Assembly: GCA_951406725.2 (NCBI GenBank)
Contig: OX597815.1
Coordinates: 202,740,001-202,804,000, forward strand
Direction of reading: 5' to 3'
Length of the DNA: 64,000 nt
Source of the DNA: Octopus vulgaris
Taxonomy: Eukaryota
Numbering within the stretch: the first letter of the stretch is position 1; each line of letters begins with the position of its first letter. The notes under the pieces are model-generated. The model made no database searches, was not told where the DNA came from, and saw only the letters and a list, made by a program, of their open reading frames with translations. The translations under genes were made by a program, and so were the position numbers. Below, piece by piece: positions 52,663-64,000 of this stretch.

Positions 52663-53065
52663 ATACTCTTTTACTCTTTTACTTGTTTCAGTCATTTGAC
52701 TGCGGCCATGCTGGAGCACCGCCTTTAGTCGAGCAACTCGACCCCGGGACTTATTCTCTGTAAGCCCAGTACTTATTCTATCGGTCTCTTTTGCCGAACC
52801 GCTAAGTGACGGGGACGTAAACACACCAGCATCGGTTGTCAAGCAATGCTAGGGGGTCAAACACAGACACACAACCCCCCACCCCCACATATACATATAT
52901 ACGACAGGCTTCTTTCAGTTTCCGTCTACCAAATCCTCTCACAAGGCATTGGTCGGCCCGGGGCTATAGTAGAAGACACTTGCCCAAGATGCCACGCTGT
53001 GGGACTGAACCCGGAACCATGTGGTTGGTAAGCAAGCTACTTACCACACAGCCACTCCTGCGCCT
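52663..53065 (-). mobile_element. SINE family A
   Basis: Family consensus. Confidence 0.93.
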
Positions 53066-53147
53066 TTATGGATCCTTTACATCAACTCCATGTGAATGTC
53101 CTTAACTAAAGTGCAAAAGTTTCATCAATCATGTTTTCGCATAGCTC

Positions 53148-53292
53148 CAGGCGTGGTTGTGTGGTAAGAAGTTTCCTTCGCAACCGCATGGCTCTGGTTG
53201 GCACCTTGAGCGGATGTTTTCTACTATAGCTTGGAACTGACCAATAACTTGAGAGATGATTTCGTGGACGGAAATTGAAAGAAGCCCGTCAT
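53148..53292 (+). mobile_element. Old SINE family A 5' half
   Basis: CAGGCGTGGTTGTGTGGTAAG...GGAAATTGAAAGAAGCCCGTC. Confidence 0.75.
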
Positions 53293-56200
53293 ATGTGATG
53301 TTTCACATACTTGTGTGTTTCTGTGTAATATTTATGTAATTGCTTTCATGTGTAACTCATATTTTTTTTTACATTTACATATAATAAACGAACTTTATTG
53401 TACATTACTGTGGATTTTAATTTGTCCGTACGAGATGCATTTCAAAAGTTTCTTTGACCCCACAATATCTAAATTTCTCCCTGCTTACAACAGGCATTAA
53501 ATAAAACTCAATTTAAGACATATTATAGCACTGTTGTAAATTCGTTCTCAGTATAATTATATATACTAGCAGAAAGACCCACCTTCGGATGGATTTTTTG
53601 CTAGTCACTTGATGTTTTCAAATTTGATTCCCAAGTCTATTTTATGATAAACTATGACTTTTCGCTAATGCGCTGACTACAGGTTGCATTGTTCCTGAAT
53701 TTATAGAGGGGAAGACTTCTGAAGCTGGGTTGTTTGTTAGTGGAGCAAATGTCGAGGTGTCATCTCGATATTATTTTTCTGTATTCCCGAATTTTGATCT
53801 AGGATCTATATATACTGGTGGGGTGAGTTTGTACGTGAGTATGTGTGTGTATATGTTTGCATGCTTATGTTGGTTTTTACGCGCGCGCGTATGGATGTTA
53901 ATTGTGTGAATTTAATTCAGGCAAGCATTCTGCATATGAAATACAAACATTGCGACTCATATAATATACTGAGTTGAAAGAACTTCCTTAAACTGAGTTA
54001 TGGGAGAGCTCAGCCTTCCACCTGGCGACAGATCTAACAAATAACGATATTGTATGGTAAATAGAAGTAGTTAAATGGTTATTTTACGACCACTAACAAC
54101 TTTAGCATTTTGCCACAATAAGAAGCTATTAAAAATATATTATAGTTTGGAGATAAAAGATAAATTATTTCTTTAAGCCATTGTAGCGAAAAGGACATTT
54201 TCCATAAACATTGCGTACTTTAGGTGCAACGTTTAAAAGTACATTGAATAAAGTACACCGATTCACCTCACGCTACTACATTGCTATTTATTAGTTTAAT
54301 GATTCTATAGCGATGGAAAGCAAAATCAATTCCTGAATGATATGAAGTCATGAATGTGAGGCAAAAAATTATGTGAAAGTAATGATATTTTACTTAATAA
54401 ATCTGGCTCCAAGAATATGTTATTTATAGCATAATTCCGTCACCAATATTTAACAGTGTTAGGATAAAACACGAAGACGAAAGAATTCATAAATAAAAAT
54501 ATCATCTATTTGCTGTGTTTTATGCCAAGAGAATTTCTATTTGGTTCGTTTAGATTATTTCCTAAGCTGTAGTCAATACGGAATCAGACATCCAGTCGGT
54601 CGAAAAGATCCACAGTTTTAAACATGTTACTGGCACTGCTCTGAATCCACAAATAAACCAATAAACCACGTAACCCCCAGAGATGTGTTTCTCATATGTA
54701 TAAACAACCTTTATACATTGTATCCCCAGCTTCATCTTAAGTGAGTAGATGTGTAACCAAAGGTTTTTCTCAAGCCTTGACAAGTCCGTTAAATTTTAAG
54801 ACGTCATATTTAAGACGTCATATGTCCTTCCTGTTTTTACACAATGTAATATAATTTACAGGGAGACTTGAATGCTATTTCGCGTTGGTCAAGTGACCAC
54901 CTAGAGATTCTCTTGCTCACCCGCTATAAACAAATATCCATAGCAGACACAGCTAGAGATCTACACAACTGACGTTTGTGCCATTTACTCACCAAGATGG
55001 ATTGAACGTCTTCCTTGGATATAGATTGGTAAATCCTCACAATGTGATATGTCCACCTTTTACTATTTAAAACGATGACTGAACTGGTTTCTAAGTAAGA
55101 AGTGGAATGGAACCCTACAAATTGTCAATATTGCCTCCAGTCGCAGTCAAGAACTGAATGATGAACCAACCATACTGGCTAATTATTTGGACAATGATGA
55201 ACCGAATTAATATTTTACTTGTTTATTTAAATTCAAATTTATATCTCAATCTGAGAAGAATGGTTTTCATAATTACGTTTTCGAGAGACGATCATAGCAT
55301 GTTCTATGGGGAGAGATTCAAAAAGAGAATTTTACAGAATGTAAAATTACGAGATCCTATCCTTTGATTCTAAATTTACCAGTGAATCAGAATCTTGATA
55401 TATATATATGTATGTTTACATTAAATGTATGCTTGCATGATATGCTGGTATGCCTATATGCTACTTTCGAAAAATAGGAGCAGTCATTCAATTGCCCAGC
55501 ATAGTGTCGATTTATTTCTCCTCTTATTAGTCACAGGACTAAATATAAATCCTTAAAAGACCATGACGTACTTAAGAGTAATTTGTTTATTTATATGTTA
55601 ACATCACTAATAAAATTAAATGCATTTAATTTGGAATTTCATCATTTAATCAATAAGATTAAATTCCCCAAAATGTTGTACTTCTTAACAATTAGTATTG
55701 TTAACAGTTAGTATTTCACGGCATGCTAATATTGTTCTTGATTTTGTAATTAGAATCCATAAATCCATAACAATAGTGAGGCTCATAAATCCATAACAAT
55801 AGTGAGGCTCATAAATGATAAATAACAAAACATAAGCGTGTACTTTCTAACGTTTTACAATAACATTTTTTCTGTGTTGTTATCAAACCACTACTTCAAG
55901 CAGTGTCTTTTGAAGTAAGCTAAAACTTTGAAATATACATGGAAAAGGGTTGAAGCTGAAACAAAAACAAGAAACATTATCGAAAGAAGCCAATCCTCTC
56001 AATCGATTAACCGATGAATATGTCGTTGTAGTCACAAATATAATAAACATAGCATTAATTCTATTTATATTGCTATTAAAACCTACAAAGAAAGCAACAC
56101 ATTTTTTTTTAGAATTATGATATCATAGTTGTATTAAATGGGAACAATTGAGTGCAATTATGCGGTGTAGCCAATCCTGATAGATTTCTCTTATTCTTTA

Positions 56201-56649
56201 CTATATCTATTACTTATTTAATCGATTTGATCGATAAGTCTAAGTGCTCAGAAGCGAAAGTAGACTAATAAAAATGATATCAATTCGTTTGTTAATTGAT
56301 CATCGCTTCTAGTGTCGTCGCAAATATATTTTCTACCTCGCCTCCTTTACAGAATGAATTATAGACTTTGAATCACATAGACTGATTTATATGCATTCAT
56401 GGTTCGAGTGTCTTTGAAGCTTTTTGCTCAGATCTACATCAGTGATGTGTAAATGGCGACAGACATGGATTTAGTTTTGTGAAAATCAAAGAGATAATAG
56501 TGATAAATGTATCCAATAATATCTGTAACTTCCTTTTAAAAAATGCTCTGTGAACAATTTATTATGTAGATGGGTCGCTTCATAGACATGTTTCTCTACA
56601 AAAGTGATTTATTAAAGGATTAATCGTATGGAAGTAGCAGGGCAATGTA

Positions 56650-57912
56650 TCAGGTCATCCCATAAGCTCTGTCCAAATTTTGAATAAAGAAATCAAGTGA
56701 TCAAATGCTATATTTGATTGAAATATAAATCATCAATGTACTTTTCTCGATTATCTATGACTTAATCCTATCAATGTAAAATTCTTTTGGTTTCAAAGTG
56801 AAGAACTCTGAAATGTTAGTTTCGACCTCCTCTTGGCTTGCGAAAGTTATGTCCCCCAAATGATTCTGTAAACTACGAAACAAATGGTAATGTGAAGGAG
56901 CAAGGTCGGGAGAATAAGGTAGATGAGGAATTTTTTCCCAACTAAGCTCTTCGATCTTCTGTGATGTGATCTTTGCATTGTGGGGGCGCGCATTGTTCCG
57001 ATGAAGCATCACTCCTTTTCGATTTACTAAAGCGGATCTTTTTTCCTTTAAAGCTTGGTTCAAATGCTCTAATTGCTAATAGTAGACTTGAGCATTGATT
57101 GTTGCATTAGGTGGTAACAATTCAAAGTGAATTACTCTTTTGCAATCCCACCAGATAGAGAGAGGAACCTTTTTCCTATGATGTTCCCTTCTCGGTTGTG
57201 TTTGAGCTTTTTCCATTTTACCAAGCCACTGTTTACGACGTTTAACATTTCGATAGAAGATCCATCTTTCGTTACCAGTCACAAGTCTATCCATAAAGGG
57301 TGAAATGAGTTCGCGAGAATGGTGAGAAGAGCAGATGTCAACTCAGGATTTACGGTTACTTTCGGACAATTCATGAAGCAGCCATTTTCCAAGTTTAGGA
57401 ACCTTTCCAAGTTGTTGAAGATGACTATGAACAGTTGTATGGTTTGAACCAAGCTTTATCGCCAATTCTTCAACTGATAATGCAGGATTTTCTTCAAGTA
57501 ATGCTTCAAGGAGCTTATCATCAAACTCAACTGGACGTCCAGTTCGATCTTCATCTTCAAGGCTGAAATCTCCACTTCTGAATTTTGTAAACCATCTTCA
57601 GCAAGTTCTTTCATTCAAGCATTCTTTCCTATAAACTGAGTGTATGTTTCGAGTCGCCTCGGCGGCCGAGTTTCCTTTTTTGTACTCATAAAGCATTATG
57701 TGCCTTAAATGTTCTTCGGATACTTCCATGTTAGAAAGGGTCTTAATCAAAGAAATTTTAATTCTATTATTCTGTAACATGATATTTAATTAGTTTAAAT
57801 GTACACAAATGCATAAAAATAATTTTAAATTCTATTAGACATTCTAACTTACTATTAAATTTCATTCAATTTTAAAAAGGTAAAATTGGACAGAACTTAT
57901 GAGATGACCTGA
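56650..57912 (-). mobile_element. Full-length inactive mariner (DD34D type), 1263 bp, TA TSD
   Basis: TIRs TCAGGTCATCCCATAAGCTCTGTCCAA / TTGGACAGAACTTATGAGATGACCTGA flanked by TA. Transposase from ATG 57729: MEVSEEHLRHIMLYEYKKGNSAAEATRNI, WLLHEL, VTGNERW, HRNNARPH, YSPDLAPSHYHLF; several stops. Confidence 0.95.
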
Positions 57913-59157
57913 TAGTTTCGTTATTTATGGAGAGAAACATTTGAAAATAAATACTCTTTATAAACAATATCATGTGTATGGTGTTGTGGTGTGTTTTCCA
58001 ACAGATGCAATCCAAGTTGAAGTTTCATTTCGAATGAAATCCACTTAAGATTTGAAATCATGAACTTCAATATGAAGTCTATGCCTTGGGTAAGTTCCAT
58101 TCGGCGGTTTGCGTTCAGTTCAAACGATGCTGCACGGTTGAAACCTGTGACGTGCATCATGCAGTAAGAGTTATTTTGAATTCTACATTGAAGTATTTCA
58201 TATTTTTGTTGCCGTTACCTTTGACAAATGCATCAACGACCGAGCTTCTTTTCTTCCCCTTACATACAAATATCCGGCATTTTTGTTAATTAATGTTAAT
58301 TAATAAAGGTGCAACGTAGTATGTCATTGTTTAAAGTTTCCCCAACTTGTGAGTCATTACATTTGTCCGAAAGGGGTGTGATGAGTATTTCTTTTACTTT
58401 AGAATGATTCATGGGTGAAAAGGCTATAACACAATAATTTAATACAACCAAACATTGAAGAATAATTTCAAACAAAAAAAAACTACCTTTTTATGAATTA
58501 ATTTTGATAAAATTATTTATTTCTATCTAAATATGAAACAGTCAAGTTGGATTACCGATTCGCTAAAATTGATCGAAGTGGCAAAGGTTTGCACTGAGTC
58601 ATACCCAACCAACTGGTAATTTATGAAATTGTTTTCACTATCCAATTCGTTCCAGAAGAATGTCCAAATTGGTACCTAGAACTAGAACCCCTTTTTTTTT
58701 TTACTTTAAATCCCTACTGTCCTACACCTGCCAATTTGAATCGCTATTTATCGTCAAATGCACTCTTGCGTCCTCTGCAAATACAACAAGAGTTAATGAG
58801 GAAGATTCCCTGAAATAAACGTGTAGAACATTTCTGAAACACTTGATATATGTTCTTGAGAGTTACATTAACTGATCAAATGTACAATAAAATTCTATCT
58901 CGTTTAGAGATTTTAGAACTTTATCTTCGCTCGTAAATGTTCTTCATATAAATTGAATGAAATTCCCTTTTCGTATGATTTGAAACTCTAGTAGAAATAT
59001 GTATTTTCAAACAATGTAAAAGCACACAACATAGTTAATTTAAACAATACACTTTACAGTTTATCGTATGGAAAATGACAAATGCGTATATATTTTCAGC
59101 TTACCAACACTGTTGAACTATGACCAGTTCGAATAGCAGCGAGAAATTTTTATTCTA

Positions 59158-59204
<47 letters not shown>

Positions 59205-59304
59205 ACTATAAATAAGTGTGTCCGGGATGTTTGAACATCGATATTATCCTTATTTATAAATATATATATATATATATATATACATATATATCTATCTATC
59301 TATC

Positions 59305-59375
<71 letters not shown>

Positions 59376-59398
59376 CTATATCTATCTATCTATAGAGA

Positions 59399-60023
59399 AC
59401 AAGGTGTCATCATACCACTTTTTTCCTCCTTTGTACGGCCACACCTTGAATACTGCTGCCCACTGTGGTCTCCTCACACAAGACAAAACATCTCCAGAAT
59501 TGAGTCACCCCCAGAGGGCTCTCACTAAACAAATTGAAGGCATGGCTGCTCTCGATTATTGGGATCGCCTTAAAGCCTTGAAACTTTACTCCCTCCAGCG
59601 TCGCCGTGAGTGGTACATCATTTGTACGATGTGGAAAATATACCGCCAACTTTGCCCAAACGACCTAAACATTAGCTTCAAGGTTCATCCAAGACTTGGA
59701 CCACGGGCTATACGTCCCCTGCCCAATTCAAGATCATAACATACATGTACACTGCAACATAATTTCTTTTCCTCAACAGGCCCTGCCCTATTTAACATTG
59801 CCCCGAGGGAGATCAAAGAGGAAAAGGATCCCATCAACTTTAAACAGAGTCTGGATAGATTCCTTCAAAGAATACCAGATAAGCCACCCATAATTGGATA
59901 CAACTCACTACTTGAACAAAACTTGACTTAAACAGGATTCGAATAATCCTATCAGGTGGTGCTATTAAGTTAGACATGGCCTGGACCAATCTTTGGTCGA
60001 AACATATCTAAGTTTATCTAAGT
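59399..60023 (+). mobile_element. CR1-clade LINE 3' fragment in a TA microsatellite
   Basis: [25 protein letters not shown]...[41 protein letters not shown]; short tandem tail TATCTAAGTT x2. Confidence 0.88.
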
Positions 60024-60072
60024 TGATATATATATATATATAATATGCTATAATATAATATAATATAATATA

Positions 60073-60410
60073 AGGTAAAAAGAGACCCCCTTCGGTCATG
60101 AATTACCATCGGACTGCACCTATAAAGTCCTTCTCCGAGGCACAAATCCAGGAAAGGTTGTTTTTGTGGAAGTCTAGCAGTCACAAATGCATACCATCCT
60201 CCTCTCTCCACGCCGCCGATGTTATTCAACGGAAAGGTAAACGTCGAGAGAGCTTGGCACCAGTGACGTCGTAACTTATTTCTACAACTGAGTGAATGCG
60301 AAATAAAGCGTTTTGCTCAAGAACACAACACACAGCTCGGTCCGGGAATCGAACACACAACCTCATGATTGTGAGCACATTACTCTAACCACTAAGCCAT
60401 GCGTCTTCAC
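60073..60410 (-). mobile_element. SINE family D (tRNA head + CORE-like domain)
   Basis: Minus strand GTGAAGACGCATGGCTTAGTGGTTAGAG...GTTCGATTCCCGG...GTTGTGTTCTTGAGCAAAACGCTTTATTTC. Confidence 0.82.
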
Positions 60411-60504
60411 TGTATATGTATACATGTGTGTGTATGTGTAAGTATATATATATATATATATATATTGTCAAAAATTGTGAAGCATGACTGTCACCACTAC
60501 TACA

Positions 60505-60549
60505 TGAACCCGAAGATTGCAGAATTCAATGCATGAAAGTACTAGTTCA
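60505..60549 (+). ncRNA. Minimal type I hammerhead ribozyme motif (U4C core variant, palindromic stem III) in a TA-flanked Penelope-like insert
   Basis: TGAAC-CCGAAGA-TTGCA(GAATTCAA)TGCAT-GAAA-GTAC-TA-GTTCA: 5-bp stem I, 4-bp stem II, self-complementary AGTACT. Confidence 0.65.
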
Positions 60550-60702
60550 ATCAGAATGAACATTTAACATTCTACTATTTCATTTTATTTTATTCAATTA
60601 TAATATATTATCTTATAATATATCATTATAAGATTGTAAATAAAACGTGAAAATCAGACATGGTTGGAATTCCTTTTATTAATATATTCTTCTATACACA
60701 AT

Positions 60703-60789
<87 letters not shown>

Positions 60790-60836
60790 GTGTATGTAGG
60801 TATATACACACACACATATATATATATATATATGTA

Positions 60837-60870
<34 letters not shown>
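60703..60870. repeat. (CA)n(TA)n microsatellite
   Basis: Directly visible. Confidence 0.95.
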
Positions 60871-60873
<3 letters not shown>

Positions 60874-63755
60874 GCATACATACGTATGTATAGGTGTGTG
60901 CGGTGTGTATACTCGTGTGTATAGGTGTGCATGTGGACGTGTGAGTTGAATATGTCATCTTTAATTTCAAATGCAAAATAAATGTCAGGATTTCGTATAT
61001 TTGTAACATTGTAACATGAACTAGCAGAGATATAATTTGCTCTTAGGATAAAATTCGCTGATTTACCATTCGAGTTTATGCTGCATCTAACACCTTGTGC
61101 AAAATTACGAATCGCTGCTGAATATTTGTAGTGCATACATTTGTTCTGTATTTGGCATTTGTAATGGCTTTTAAGAAACTCGAATAAGTGATAAAAGCTA
61201 CATACTTTTGGGAGACATGGCAACTGATCGCCTGGCTTTTTAAATAACAGCTTCCAAATGTACCTTTTTACAAAATGTCAATAATTCCGGATGAAGTTTC
61301 TGAGAAATCTCTCTTGGGACCAGTACTTTTATTATAAATTTCTTGAACATCGACACTCGTATCCTGTATGCTGCTATTAACGATAGTGTAATGATGATCA
61401 AGAGTTCGGATGAAGTCAAAAACTTAATCATATAATGCAATATACAAGTGAGATGATTAAAAAAAACCGTACACTTCTGTTTAAGAATATGTCGAGATTT
61501 TCAATAGAATAAATTGCTAGTAAATTCAAAACTATATACGAACTTTAGGCAATTATTTAATGTACATATTACCAGGATCAGTAGAATATATAACTAAGAG
61601 GTCAATATCATTTAAAACCACAAGAAAATGATTCATTTTGCTTCTGTAGATAACGTTATGTTATTTCTCATATCGATCAATATTAAAGTGGAATATATGC
61701 TGACAATTTATACAATGTTAAGTATTTCCGGAAGTTTTAAGACTATAATTTCTGGAGCGAAGGAGTACAATGAATAATAGGCAATAAGTCATGTTAGAAA
61801 TATTATGGATATAGTGACGTCAGGTGTTAGCATCGAAAGATATGATAACCGTGAATTAGACACCATTTTCCCCAACTGCTAAAATGAAAAACTACAAAAG
61901 AACACAATGGTTTCAAGAAATATGTAGCGAACTCTAGCGAGCTTCCTCTCCTATATTACATACTTACGAACGTAGCAGGTAACAGCTAACCTTTGGTCAC
62001 TGTTTTGGACCCCGTCGTGTCTACCACTTCGATTGCTTGGTATTGGCGCAATTTGTCTCTTACTTTATCACGCGCCAATATGCAACCCAACCGATCGCAG
62101 CCTTCAAATAAGTCACGTGAGGCAGTATGTTCCAAACAAGCATTTGAACCTATAATCAGCTATAACAGCTCACCTCCTCCTAGTCTCAACGTCAGTTGGT
62201 TCCAGACTTTCTAAGGTCTAACCACTGAGCACATTACAGCGACCTCCATCTTCGTCACCACCATAATGTCTTCCACCAACGTTATCAACATCTACACAGC
62301 ACCAACACACTGCACTAGTTCTAGCATACCTGTTCGCGAGCTCCCCACCCGGGTTAACAGCTAACATACAACCCACGCAGATGCATGTAGATATATGAAT
62401 AAATGTACATCAACCACTTCTATTCAGCTTGTGTGACCACTTCTATTCATACGTGTGACCACAATAAACGTATTTAAGGTTATCACCTTTGTTCCATGTA
62501 TTTTCTTTGCCGGGTTACTACCAATAACATTATAGCCTTCTGAGTGGAGTCACATTAGCTGGAACAACAACCTATAACATCTAAAGTAATGAACCGATGT
62601 GATGTGGACACTATCCATCTAAAATGACATATTTTTCTGTAACCTATCCTCAATCGTATAAGATTGAATAGATCAACTATCTGTAAACAGATTCAAACAA
62701 TGCTTAAAGATTTAGATTTCGAAGAACACTGATGAACATACTGAGTGTTATAGACAATGGTTAAGGTTACGGCATCAGACTACCTTACTCAGAAAATAGC
62801 AATCAAGGAACAAAGTATGGGTTTCAGCAACATTCACGCTTGCATCATGTCGATCCACCCTGCTGACTGAAACAATTAAAAGATTAGAACAGTTTCCATT
62901 AACACAAAGTTTAGTTGATTTAGTATGGTGGAATTTGAGTTGCTGGGAGGTTATCTGTTATTATTTCGTTAACGTGTTATCATTTTCAAAATAGACAAGT
63001 CTGACTAGTTGTAAATATGTATGTCAAGTTAAAATAATATCTCAATTTTAATGTTAATCCATGGAACCGGTCTAACTTCAGCTAGACGTCTTACACAACA
63101 CGTATTATAAGAAGAAAAATAACCCTTGATCCTCTCCAATATTGTTATATAATTTGTTTTTTCTGCTAAATATAAAGAAAGGAATGTATATTCTGATATA
63201 CTATCGTGTATCATTTAGATTCCAAATATTAAGGGAATTAACACAGATAACAGCTGAAGATACCAGTATCAATGTAGACATGAAAACGTGTTATTTTTTA
63301 TAAAAATAAAATAACATGAGTGAAATAAAGAACTAAACAAAAACTAAACAAAAATCTCAAAGAAAAACAACTGCTATTAGATCAACAGAAACTGAAAAGA
63401 AACATAAATAATAAATCTCTAGTTCAGGAGGAGAAATAGATGTTGTTATCAGTTACTGTAGCATTCTCATGAGCAAAATCTTCTTTCTTCCACGAGGTAT
63501 ACTGTCACCATGGTGTTGTTATCAAATATTTATTGAACTAAATCCGTCTTCCATAGTTCTCTTGTATGCTTCCTCATGCATAGTTTATACAAATATGCCT
63601 TCTCGCTCCTCCTCTCCCCTTCTCTCTCTTTCTCTCGTTATGTGTATCTATATATGGTTGTTTTGATAGACATACCTATATATGTGTGTCTGTGAGCGTG
63701 TGTGTGTGTGTGTGTGTTTATGTGTGTATACATACATATATGTCTGTATGTATGA

Positions 63756-63795
<40 letters not shown>

Positions 63796-64000
63796 TTCAA
63801 AATAGAAAATTACCCTTTAACAGGTAATTTTACATGCTAGAAATAGCAGCCAACACAGCAAAAAAACCCCACAATTTTATAGCAAATTTCGAAGTAATTG
63901 AAAAATAAAAACCTTTACCCTGCTATTTTGAAATACGAATATGTTGTCTATTGACTTTTTATACATGCTAGGCCACTGGTGGTGATATTTATAACGTGTA

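Noticed and set aside
53566-54161. Possible minus-strand Helitron (ACTAGCAG...CCCACCTTCGGATGG)
   Set aside because: Only one plausible end and no second copy in the window to confirm boundaries
60960-61223. Possible Penelope GIY-YIG-adjacent peptide ([20 protein letters not shown]); similar faint hints at 42500-44800 and 51660-52050
   Set aside because: No GIY/YIG or RT core motif recognisable by eye; needs a tBLASTn/HMM search
63245-63295. CTGAAGA...GAAA hammerhead-like motif
   Set aside because: Stem registers and the cleavage triplet do not fit

Overview
AT-rich eukaryotic (metazoan) genomic DNA that is almost entirely repeats. I found no host protein-coding exon or RNA gene that I can support. 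The SINE families, dense microsatellites and TTAGGG repeat point to a mollusc, most likely an octopus (inference from recognised repeat types, not a database result). Contents: four tRNA-derived SINE families (about 25 copies, one forming a 6 x 184-bp tandem array); a same-orientation pile of Dong/R4-like RLE non-LTR retrotransposons in (TAA)n; RTE and CR1 LINE remnants; an RT-deleted Gypsy element; two full-length dead mariners; non-autonomous Helitrons, one enclosing a piggyBac fragment; and short (TA)n-embedded Penelope-like inserts with long inverted duplications and minimal, probably dimeric, hammerhead motifs (best at 60505-60549). Other notable events are a 129-bp target-site duplication, a 94-bp templated insertion with microhomologies, and a SINE with an inverted copy of its own head. 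Nearly all long ORFs in the supplied track are microsatellite or SINE artefacts.
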